Source: Takakia lepidozioides
Taxonomy: Eukaryota; Plantae; Bryophyta
Length of the DNA stretch: 64,000 nt
Reading direction: 5' to 3'
NCBI GenBank assembly: GCA_030704615.1
Contig: CM060731.1
Location: forward strand, 63,860,001-63,924,000
This document shows, one piece after another, positions 1 to 11,552 of this stretch; within the stretch, counting starts at the first letter, position 1; each line of letters starts with the position of its first letter. The translations under genes were made by a program, and so were the position numbers. The notes under the pieces are model-generated. The model saw nothing but the letters and a program-made list of their open reading frames with translations. It had not been told where the DNA came from and ran no database searches.

Positions 1-2671
1 ATATTCCGATACTATGTGCAAAAATATAGGATACAATATATAAAATTTAGAAAACAATTACAAATAAACATGGGTACCAATATATCGTGGTTTCAGAATT
101 TAAATGAATATAGGGTCTGGAATATAGATTTATTTTTATTTTTTTACAACTACCAATAGGGTCCTGATAAAGACCTGGGACGCGTGTCGTCTAGTTACTG
201 GTTTATCAAGTGGGCTAGACTTGGATTTGGGGACCTGAACTATTGACGACACTTGGTTTGCAAATCTAAATGGCACCTTAAATTCAAGTATGATGTAACA
301 GATACTAAATGGATAGACATAGATTCAATCATTAGTTCAATTACTATGACTTTTGACAAAGTTCAGAGTGCTTACAGCTTGAATGCTACCGATGCCCAAG
401 CCTTGGATGAGTTTGTTTCGACCAAATAATTAATGAACTATTTTTTGCTGAAAAAAAAAAACTTTATTGCATTGTTACTATAGCATGCTTGAAATTTGTT
501 AGCAGCAGTAAAATATAATTAACATAGCCTTTCACAAAAATATTGAAGTATAGGGTGGCCGATAAAGACCAAAATAAAAACAATACCCTCATACAAATTA
601 CCATTTTTTTCGCACGTGATGTATAAAAAATATAGGGAGTGGCTCCCCCGAGGGTTGGCTTACCTTGTACATGTGTGTATTTGGGACTAGTATGGTATGG
701 GTTGGGGCTGGTTTGGGGGTTGGCTGGATATATTTGTATCCATGATGAAGCATCATATTTTAGGGTTCAATATGTACACAAGAAGAAATATGTATATGGA
801 GGTACTAACATGGTTATAGTTTTAGATTGAGAACTAACATTCCTTTGCTACTGCAGGAGATGTGGGGGTGAGTGTTGCATTGCATCTTGCATTGCACTCG
901 GGTCACATGACATTGGTGAGGGCAAGCCTAACTATACTACAATTTCCCTATCTTATCCATTTAGGGCATACAAGCATGGCTCGCATTTTTTAACCTTGGT
1001 GTGTAGGCGTTGACCGACCTTCACATTGCTATCATACCTGCATTTGTTGGCTGCCTCTAGAGGCTGATGTGCCAATGAAATATGCATTCATATAGAAGCA
1101 TGTAGGTTTTACTAGTCTCCTTTCAGCCGGGGGTGTGTACATGCGGGGGGATGCCATCTGCAACCTAAGCATTCACCAGCACAAGCACAATCCTTGGCCA
1201 ACAAATTGACAGGACCATGTGCACAGCTGCCTGAGCAAGCACAAGCCCAAGCCCAAGGCCAACAAATTGACAAGACCATGTGCACAGCAGCCTGAGCCCT
1301 AACCAGCACGCGGCGGAAGCCCAAGGCCAGTAAAATTGGCAAACACTTGCACAATTAGAAGGCTAGCAAAACGTAATGTGCACAAAAGCTACAGGGCCAT
1401 CTTCTCACCCTGTTTGGCCCCACGAATCTTCCCCAGCTGGCAGCCCATGCATGAGCACATGAAGGGTGAAATAAAACACCTACTCATAGGATGAACCCGA
1501 ACAAATTTCATCCCGTCAATAAAAGTTGGAATTTATTCCAACTTTTTGTAAGTTTTTGGGAAAGGGCCCAAAAAATGGGGCCCACACTCAACAGTGGCGT
1601 TTTCGCTCGTTTTTCGCTGATTGGGCTGAAAATTTCCAGATGTCTACAAGAGCTTAGGTAGGAACCTAATGTCCGGTCAACTTTTGCAAATTCTTTTTTT
1701 CAGCAAGAAATGTGGGTCAATTTTTAAGAGAAAAAACAACATAGAGCAATGGGCATTTAAGGGTTAACATCTGTCATCATTGCTTCCTTGACATCAATGA
1801 ATTGGACATAATTGAAAAGATTAGGCTACTCCATGAAAGTTATGTTGCATAATATAATACCACTCCGTGCTACACTTTGTACACATCCTCCTCAACATAT
1901 ATTCTAAAAAGACTTGTTTTGTGATGTAGAAATTTAAATAATGAATTTAATGTCAATACGCAGACACATCTTATGCCGCTTTTGACCTTGGTTATCAAGG
2001 TCCCTTGTTTCTTTCAAGGATTTTTCATTGTGTCTAGGATATGACTCCTTAGCGGGATTGTTGTTGTAATGTTTTAAATTGTATAAACCAAACTATCTTA
2101 GAAGATGAGACATGCCAAACAAAAAATCCAACTATATAATCATATTTAAAGACATACTTTATAGTACCATAGCTTGTATTAAATGCATTTTTTTAGTAGA
2201 TCAGAGGCTTTTGCAAGATTTTTTTTTTTTGGTTGTCTTAATGAAAGAACCAACCTAAGCTATTATTTTTAAAAATTAAAAATAAAAATCGTTGTCCATT
2301 TTCTCTTTAAACAAGAGATTTCACTTTGTCATGGCCTTTGACTAGATATTGAACTCCTAAATATCAATGCAATTTGGAATAATTGGGCAAGTAAGATTAG
2401 CACCCCTGCCATTAGCATATTATTCTACCAAGCAAGTTCTTTTGTGGACTATGAGAATGTAGATTGATCTACTAGCCTTAAGTATTCTAGATAAATTCTA
2501 GCAACAAATGAAATGCAACATGTATGAGGTCAACTGGAGGCACAAAAGAAGTTTAAGGAAGGGGAAATCCAAGACTCAACTTTCTTTTGCAGCATGTAGT
2601 CTCAGTATTGCTAGGTTCTTAATTGATTTGTTCCCTGTCTTTTCTATCTCTCTTGCAGGTTGGCACTAATG

Positions 2672-2901
2672 TGTCATGGTTTTAGTCATGGTTAACTAGA
2701 ATTACCTACTTCTAGTTAACTAGGACATTTTGGATATTTATATTTGTATTTTGTGTGTTGGGACTTCATTTGGTCTCACATGCCAAGTGAGGTGTCAAAC
2801 CTCACTTGGGACATGGGAATGGGTTTTCCCCTTGTGAGTGTTGAGGAGGGCCCATCTTCTTGTAGTTGAGCCTCCATGAGCCTCTCCCACCTCCATAGCT
2901 C
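2672..2901 (+). repeat. Terminal repeat segment A1 of copy 1
   Basis: 2678-2901 matches 6351-6574 with about 4 mismatches and also matches the start of copy 2 (49624 onward). Contains two 11-bp-stem hairpins (2691-2720, 2783-2809). Confidence 0.9.
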
Positions 2902-3034
2902 AACTTGTCAATTTGGGATGAATGCATTGCAAAGTAAGATAATGCAATCTTGCATGCATGTTGGGGGGAAGATACCATGAAGAGGTGTTTCTTACTATAC
3001 TCTACAAACCCTAGTCTCCATACTCTTCAAGAAA

Positions 3035-3470
3035 CTGTGTATGGGCTCCCTCTGCCCATCATACCTTTTTAAGAACAATGTATGGAATCCAACTACACTT
3101 TTTGAACAGTGTATGGGCCCCCTCTGCCCTACATACGTGTTTTTGAAAAGTGTATGGGCTCCCTCTGCCCCCACCATACACTTTTTTGAACGGAGTATGG
3201 ATATAAGTGGAGAGACTTTGCCTACCATACGTTGTCATTAAAAGTGTATGACATCTAGGGTGTATCTGGAGGAGTATTGCCTTTGGAGGATCTTTGGGGG
3301 GTCCTTTGAGGAGCTTTTGTAAGACTCTTGAAGAGCTCTTGAAGGGGTGTTTGGAGGACTGTTTGGAGGACTATCGGAGGTCTTTGAAGACCAATATTGG
3401 GCAAACATTTGGAGCCTTTGGAGGGCTATTTGGAGGACTATTTTGGGGTCCTTGGAGGCTAATATTTGGC
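3035..3470 (+). repeat. Degenerate tandem repeats in the 5' leader of copy 1 (GTGTATGGGCTCCCTCTGCCC units, then TTGGAGGA-type units)
   Basis: Repeated motifs are visible directly. The TTGGAGGA tract recurs in copy 2 at ~51375-51500. Confidence 0.7.
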
Positions 3471-3909
3471 GAGAGCCTTAGTGAGATTATTTGAGAGACC
3501 CTGGAAGGTAGTTATGTCTGTTGGTCATGAGCAAGAGCGTTTAGAGATAGGGGGAGACTAGTGGGATGAGAGCATTATGGGATTAGGAATTGCTTTAGTC
3601 TCTCTTCCTCGTAGTCTTCCACCCTCTATGTAGGCCAAAACCTTTCCGTAGGTGGAGGCAAGAGTCAGTCCGGGTTTGGGCTAGGGTGTCCTTGCAGGAG
3701 TGACACTGTGGAGTATTATTTTTTGGTGTGGGGGAGTTACTGTCTTGATTTTCTTGTGTTTGGTCCCCCCCCACACCTGCATGCTTGACTGTGCGCCATG
3801 TCAGTTTTGTGTGGGTGCTTGTTTTCATAGGAGGTTGGTCCGGATTTGATCACCGGTCAATCCTAGAACATGCGGTCGGTGGTGAGGCTGGGATAATGAC
3901 CAGTCAGAC

Positions 3910-6012
3910 CATTCTGGGGGATTGACCAACATAGGAAGGATTGCTTGTACCAATGGCGCTTCCTACCGTTTGGGTTGAAGAATGCTCCTACAGAGTTTCA
4001 AAGGGTTATGGATATAATTCTTGCGGGGCTAGACTTTGTCCGGTGTTACATTGATGACGTCATCGTCTTTAGTGCTACGGTTGAGGAGCATGAGAGACAC
4101 CTTCAGGTGGTGTTTAAGCGCTTGAGAGCGCATAGGTTGAAATTGCACCCTGGGAAGTGCAAGTTCTTCCACAATCAGATTGAGTATCTGGGCCACATGA
4201 TATACCCTGGAGGATTGGGTGTTCAAAAGACAAAGGTGGAGGCCATTGCACGCATTCCACGCCCCATAAATGTTAGCAGAGTTCGTGTTTTCATGGGGTT
4301 GGCAAACTACTATCGACGGTTTGTCAAGGGATTTAGCAGCATTGCAAAGGCTCTTATTAAGTTGACCAAGGTGGGTCAGGAGTAGCAGTGGGAGGAGGAG
4401 CAGGAGGAAGCCTTTGAGGAACTCAAGGCTCGATTGACTTCTGCACCTATTCTGAGGCGGCCTTTCCAGCTACATACGGATTGGAGTATGCTGGGGATTG
4501 GAGCAGTGCTCACACGGATGGATGATGAGGGAAGAGAGTTTGTAGTGGCATATGCTAGCCGCTCAAACAATGATGCCGAGGCGAAATATAGTTCCGATGA
4601 AGGGGAGTGTTTAGCTGCGGTATGGGCAGTGGCACATTTCAGATGCTACATCTATGGCAATCTCTTCACCCTTGTCACGGATCACCAACCATTGAAGTGG
4701 TTGATGGAGTCAGACAAGCTTACAGGGAAGCTTGCATAGTGGGCACTTATGCTTCAAAAATACGACTTTCAGGTGGTGCATCGAGCCGGTATTATCAATC
4801 GAGATGCATATGGATTGAGTCGTAATCCATGCACGAGCGAGCATGATGATACTGGAGCTCGGTGCAAGGTGCATGGTGTGTGATAGAGTGCGAGCTTCTT
4901 TCAATGTACCTACTCCACAATTGCATCCTTTACCCATTATGGGTTTGGGCTATCGTTGGAGTCTTGACTTCGCAAGCCCATTGCCACTAACGATTCGTCA
5001 TAACAAGTATGTGTTGATGATGGTGGAACATTTCTCCAAGTGGATTGAACTGGTGGCATTGCCTGACAAGGCAAGTGAGGGGGCTGCGTATACATTCTTA
5101 GATCGAGTGCTTAGCCAATTTGGTGCTCCAGCCGAGGTACTCACGGACCAGGGGAGAGAGTTCTTGGGGGAGTTTCAGGCTTTGTGTGAGCAAGCCTTGA
5201 TAGATCACCGCACTACTTCTCGGGATCGTCCCGAGGCTGATGACCTGGAAGAGAGGGTTGTACAAACAGTCAAGCGAGGCTTGCACAAGTATGGCTTGCA
5301 AAAGGGACACTTAGGAGATTGGGACCTTCAGCTACCTTGGTTGGCCATGGGCTAGAGGTTTAGAAAACAAGCATCACTTGCCTCGTTCTTGCCGTATTTC
5401 CTTCTCTTTGGCCGAGAGCCAGATTTGTCTGCATCTATTCGCAGGGAAACTGCAGTAGTTCTCAACCTTGATGATCCACATGTGTGGACACAAGCATGTG
5501 CCCAGCGAGCAGAGTTGTTCAAGAGAGTCATGCCTATGGCTTTTGAGAACTTTGCTATTGCCCAACACCGAGACACATTGAGGTACGCCACTATACGTGG
5601 AGGGGGATATCGGCCAGGTGTTTGGCGTTTCCACCCTGGGGACTATGTGTATTTGCAGCAGACAGCGCCTACGACTTTGGATGTCATAACAAGGCGTGTG
5701 ATTCTAAGGGTCCGGGAGGTGTTGCCTTCAGGAGTGTTGATTCTGGAGGGTCGAGATGACATGGTATGGAAGGACCATGTGCGCAATTGTGCGCCATGTC
5801 ACCTTCCACATGTGGATGGGAGGATAGATCCCAACCTTGCAGTGGTATCTGCAGGGTTGCGTTGCATGCTATGTGGGCCTGCTGGTGGTGCCGCGACCAT
5901 GTTGGTGTGTGACAAATGCTCAAGGGGGTGGCACATGGGATGTTTGACACCGCCACTTGAGGAGGTTCCTAGTGGAGAATGGTTGTGTCCACGATGCCTT
6001 GGACATAGGTAG
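3910..6012 (+). pseudogene. Gypsy pol remnant: RT (YIDD) - RNase H - integrase core - SH3-like module - PHD finger
   Basis: ORFs 3945-4385, 4434-4739, 4843-5355 and 5389-6012 are separated by stops or frameshifts. The C-terminal CMLC..CDKC..H.GC..WLCPRC is a C4HC3 PHD finger. Confidence 0.92.
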
Positions 6013-6267
6013 TGGGCATGACAATGGTGGAATTGACAAGTGATCCAAGGTCTAGCTGATAGGAGCTCAACGCCATGGATACTTAATTGAAGATCATGGA
6101 TTGTAGGAAGGCGAGTAACGATGGGGCTACTTTTGCACCTGGCCTCTTGATCTATTGACTTTAGATACTGGGACATGTGCGATTGAAGACCAAGCGATGA
6201 TTTTATTGAGATAGATACTTGTCAGCTATCCGGTGTTAGAGGGACCTAATCACCAGCTAGGGAGGCG

Positions 6268-6798
6268 ATTGTGGCATAGCTTTCTAGGATTGTGTGCTTA
6301 GAATGTATGGTGGACAGCGATGTATGTTGTGGCACGATGCTTAGGTGCACGGTTTTAGTCATGGTTAACTAGAATTACCTACTTCTAGTTAACTAAGATA
6401 TTTTGGATATTTATATTTGTATTTTGTGTGTTGGGACTTCATTTGGTCTCACATGCCAAGTGAGGTGTCAAACCTCACTTGGGACATGGGGATGGGTTTT
6501 CCCCTTGTGAGTGTTGAGGAGGGCTCATCTTCTTGTAGTTGAGCCTCCATGAGCCTCTCCCACCTCCATAGCTCTAGGTATTGAGAAAGAGTGTGGTGAG
6601 GGCTTTGTAGGGTGGATTCCTTTAGCAAATGTGCCCTTGGCTTGACTTAGTTTATGTGATTGAGTGGATTCATGAGTGGAGTGTTTCCATTGTGTGTTCA
6701 CTTCCATTATCATTGTGGCATAGCTTTCTAGGATTGTGTGCTTAGAATGTATGGTGGACAACGATGTATGTTGTGGCACGATGCTTAGGTGCACGACA
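6268..6798 (+). repeat. 3' terminal B1-A2-B2 repeat block of copy 1
   Basis: B1 (6268-6350) equals B2 (6712-6794) with 1 mismatch. A2 (6351-~6670) lies between them. Confidence 0.9.
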
Positions 6799-7732
6799 AA
6801 TGCAACAGTGCCTATCTCTGTTGGACAACTCACCTTTTCTTTGTCTTGCAGGCGGGCACTAGTGTTGTAGTACTCTTTTCTTGCATCTTTGATCCATCTT
6901 AGCCCTTCTTTCTGTTCTGCAGGCTTGCACTAGTGATGTAGTGCAGTGTTCACGCACCTCAGCCTTGCCTTATATCCCTCTATTCTTACTTTCTTCTTTA
7001 GAAATGTTGGCTCAGAGTGGAACCTCATTTCTCTGCCTATATGGCTCTTGTAAGGTTATATTTTCCTTACCTTATTAATAAAGTTTTACAAGGCTACAAT
7101 CTCTATTTAAAAAAAACAAAAAACAAAAATAAAACAAAACATGTATCCTACTGGACCATAAAAAGAGTAGCACAAGGAAACCACATTGAAAGCCGTCTTT
7201 CATCCTACTGGCTTGAGTTTGGTCTTCTTGACCTGAAGAGAGGAGGCATTTGAGAAGATCTTTGAATCCATTAAACATCCATTAAAATTAGATGCATAAG
7301 AAACTTCACACTAGATTATAGTAAGTGCAAACATGGTTGGAATCCAATAGTAAACTTCAATTACTCAATCACCAAGTTATCATATCCAAGTTCCTTCTTC
7401 CATGAAAGCAATGATAAGCAAGCTTTGGAGTAAACTATAGAATGATCGGAGGGATCTTTGAATCCAGGCATCTGCAATGCTACAGAACCTTGCACTCTGC
7501 TAACTCATGTAGTGCATTTACTGAGGGTTGGTCCCCTTTTCCGTTTGTGGCTGATGCACCTGATCCAAATCACAACAGTTCCTAGTTGCTACTGTCTCTT
7601 ACAATTCATGTGGACCACACTAATCACTTTGTGCATTGTAGGAGTCACGATGGCAACAACTAATTCATCTTTACAGTGATGATCTGCACAAGAAAAACGT
7701 GTATTTTTCTTCTTAGTTTTTTGAACGAGGGG

Positions 7733-10700
7733 CTATGTACTGGGGCTGGGCCCTCTGCCATTTGCAGCTGACACGCGTGAACCCCATTCTAGGAGCTCTT
7801 TGCTGGTATCATCCTTGTGGCATATCACCTCTATGAAACAAAAGCAATCCTTTTGCGCAGTTAGTGCAGTATTGATTGCAACGACTAATTCATCTTCGTT
7901 ATTGACCTGCCAGAAACACATGTAATGAATATCTTGGAAACCCAACAGCTGAATTGCAATTGATCAAGAGAACCTAACCTAATTTTAGAAAAATGGATTT
8001 ACATTAGTCATTTGCAGAATACAATCCATTCACCTGATTTGATCAAACTCTTGTAATGAACATCCTTAATAAACGAATGTCATAAGTCTCACCTTGGTAG
8101 TCCATATTTTTCCATCACCATTATGGAAAGCTTCAATTAAACCTGTATAGCTCCAATTCTTAATCACATTGTAGGGTCCATCATGGATCTCAACCTCAAT
8201 CGTGTAGCCCCCGTTGTTGATGAGAAATACGATGCTTATTTGATTATTACGGATCATAGTAGAAGCATCCTGACATGTCACCTGTAGATTGTGCCCCTTA
8301 GCCACATCCAGTGAGTTTCTGCACTCCACCTCAAAAGAAGAGTGCAAATGAGGCCCACTCTTAAGTGTTACATGCTCAAGCCGTGCTACAAATTGCGAGC
8401 AATGCTCTAACAATGCATGATGCATGAGAGTGGTTGTGGCAGCTTGTTTAAGATAGACTAGAAAGTGTTATTAGAACTTGCAAAAGCCATTGTTGTAATT
8501 CATTCACCTGGAAACTTCCATCACCAATGCAAGCAATCACGCGCTTCTCATCCTTAAAGGCCTGTGCATAACCCAGCAAGGCCCCAACAGACCACCCGAT
8601 TGAACCATATTGCATCTGAAACTCAAACCTGCCACATCATCATATCCAATAATGTGTTTGATCAGTTGCACATGGATGAACAGATTCCCTGTTTTGTGAG
8701 ATTATTTATCTCACATGCTAGTTGTTGCTAGTTTCAAGTGTAAGCTCAAGTTGATTGCCTGGTCAGTGAGCAAGAATATGCAAGCCAATAAAATAGACCA
8801 TTTCAAGCTTCTTTGAAAGACTTTGCTATTTTGAGGGGACAATGGTGCAGAAACTCTTGTACGTGATCTAATGTATTCGAATCATATATGTTGATTACTT
8901 GATGGTCCATGATTGGGTTCAAACATCTGCCATTTCTTATGTGGATAAAAAAAAGACCCTAAAAGATTTTCTCAAACTTTCATTTGCATCATTACACAAA
9001 TGCTTGCAAACTCACTGGGGAAAGGCTCAATGAGAACTGACTCACCCACAACCATCAGGTAGTTTTAGCTTTTGACAATTGAACCAAGAATCTCCTGTCT
9101 CTGCTAGCACGGCGGTGTCTTTTGTGAGCATGGCCTACAAATGAACACAAAGATGCTCAGATGTTTACAAGAGAGAAGGTTTCTTAGAATATCTTAAAAA
9201 TTGGAATTTCTTGGAGAACTTATCAGTGCTTTGGATTTTTTTAATTGTTATCACCAAGCAAGCCCCCTAACTGTTGGAAAAGCTCACCAGTACCATGAAG
9301 AGCTGGGAGAAAATGCAATAACTAGACATGGTCACTGTGGTTCTGTTGAGGTAAACTGTTGTACGTGAGATAGTAGGAAGCAAAGATATTGTATGCCCAC
9401 CTGGATGTGTTTAAATAGTACGTTGACCCGGAGTGGGTCTCCTGAGTCAGATTTTGGAACCACCCCTTCAGGAATGTAAATACGCTTATAGTTATCAAAA
9501 GCATTGGTGTTCTTTACAACTTTTTTCGCTAAGGCTTCCATAAAGTCTTTCATGAGCACACAACCAAATTCCATATGCCCACCTATGTTGACACGATCAG
9601 GTGATAACACAATCATATTCTGCTTCTTAAGCAGCAGTGAATACCCAACTGAGCTATAATCATTGAAAACAGGTCCTGCAAATATATATGCATCAGCCGA
9701 CTCCACTATCTCGAGGCAAAATGGGGAGCTGACTGCACCCCAATAAGTGCCTATAAAATGAGGATGAGTCTCGGGGACTTGCCCTTTGGCTGACGGCATG
9801 GCAGCCACTGCAAATCCTGATGCATCTGCTAGCTCCGCAAAGGCCTTCCCAGCTTTTGCTACCCGTAGCTTGGGTCCACCCACTAGCACTGGCTTCACTG
9901 AAGCACCCAAAAACTTTACTGTTGCTTCCACTGCCGCATCCAGGCTAAGTTGGTTACTTATCCTGCACAATGAGCCAAGTGGTCATGCCATATTAGAGGA
10001 CTTCCAAGTGGAGTAGTAAGCTCTCTCTCCTCTGAGGTAAGCTTGGATAATAAATTTTAAAAACGATGGTTAGTCCTGGACATCCCAATGTGTACCCTTA
10101 TTGCATTTGAAAGTAAAAAAACATGTGCGTCATGGCCGAAAGTCTGCAAATCTTTGACAACCTTTATGTATTCAACAAGCCAATACCACATTTCCATATT
10201 TCAATATATACTGATTTACACAATTAAGGCATTAAGACTTCCAATGGTAAGCAAAACGGAGAATTGGAGAACTGGAGAATTTGTAGGATCCCCACCTTTT
10301 GGTGAGAGCATAAGGAATTGTGCTACGGGTGAAAGAGGGATGTGGGATGCCAGCAAGATTACAGCTGACACTCATGTACACAGGTTTGCTCTCTCTGAGA
10401 GCTGTTGAGATGGAGCGATCAATCATCTCATGCGCCTCTTCCAAGTTATTTATCACCACCTGTCCCATTGTTTTATCGGCCCTTCCATCCTATATGTAAG
10501 TTCTGGATACTGCGATGGTCAGTCCATAACCATGTCTTAGATTTGAATACTTAATATTCAATAAGCTCTGAGTTTTTTTTGTTGATATTCTGCATGTCAT
10601 TCTCATGTTTTTTTATCTTGAAAGGAAACCCAATTGAGGGAGCACATATAGTTAGGTGCAGCTAGATTTGGATTTCACTCGCGGATTTGTAGTGAGAAGC

Positions 10701-11552
10701 CACTAACCAGGACCATACTTCAAACACTTGTCCAAAAGCAATTGCAACTATTTCTAGAAGAAGTTTAGTGTACTCTTTGTTGGTGCTATAGCTAGGTGTG
10801 AAGTGAATCTTGAAATGTTAATTATGAAATGGGATGCAAATTAACAGCAAGAAATTGAAAATAGGGGTTGGAGAAGTGGGAAGCCATTAGCTGGGGCCGT
10901 ACTTCAAGCATTTGTCGAAAAGCAATTGAAACTATTTCTAAAAGAAGTTTAGTGTACTCTTTGTGGGTGCTATAGCTAGGTGTGAAATGAATCTTGAAAG
11001 GCTAACTATGAAATGGGATGCAAATTGACAGCAAGAAATTGAAAATAGGGGTCGGAGAGAAGTGGAAGGTGGTGGGTAGTTTGCCTGATGACAAGTAACT
11101 TGCTGGAAGCATCGCAACTCTTGGCTGAAATCAGAGATGCCAATAGTATGATGCAAAATGCGATTGGTGCCAAAATCATTGGAATTTGGCCCTCCCACAA
11201 TGCAAATGACTGGCAAATTCTCGCTATAAGCTCCAGCTATGGCATTGATCACACTAAGACCCCCCACAGTGAAAGTCACAACAACTGCGCCCACGCCTCT
11301 CACCCGGGCATAGCCGTCAGCGGCATAACCTGCATTGATCTCATTGCAGCAACCGATGTTATTGAGATTGGGTTCTGCAATTAAATGGTCCAGCAAGATG
11401 AGATTGAAATCTCCAGGAACTGAGAATACATCGTAGCACCCAACCTCCACTAATCGTCGCGCAAGATGTCGGCCCAGACAGGCAGTGGATTCCACTGTCG
11501 GGGTCGGGCTTGACATAGAACTACGACTATTGTTACGCGTTGGAGAAGCCAT
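7733..11552 (-). CDS. PDC: Pyruvate decarboxylase; exons 11552-11085, 10459-10296, 9962-9401, 9134-9046, 8628-8508, 8281-8093, 7906-7733
   Basis: Motifs [44 protein letters not shown], the ThDP motif GDGSFQ...NNGGYTIE, and the C-terminus [15 protein letters not shown]. Splice phases are consistent. Intron 1 has a GC donor. The start codon is uncertain. Confidence 0.95.
10697..11065. repeat. ~183-bp tandem duplication in PDC intron 1
   Basis: 10697-10879 and 10880-11065 align along their length with scattered substitutions. Confidence 0.85.

Larger units (their letters stand above)
2672..6798 (+). mobile_element. Ty3/Gypsy retrotransposon copy 1 (internally deleted; both termini present; RT C-half, RNase H, integrase, PHD finger)
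   Basis: Starts TGTCATG (2672) and ends CACGACA (6798), flanked by AATG on both sides (2668-2671, 6799-6802). Shows pol motifs YIDD, TDWS, RNase H and DDE integrase. Co-linear with copy 2 except for a ~4 kb deletion at ~3910 (gag, PR, MTase, RT N-half) and a ~0.46 kb deletion at ~4866. Confidence 0.92.

Noticed and set aside
2672-6798. DIRS/Ngaro element suggested by the split repeats
   Set aside because: No tyrosine recombinase. It has a DDE integrase, TG...CA ends and a TSD, and the family MTase is a C5 type rather than the DIRS Dam-like type.
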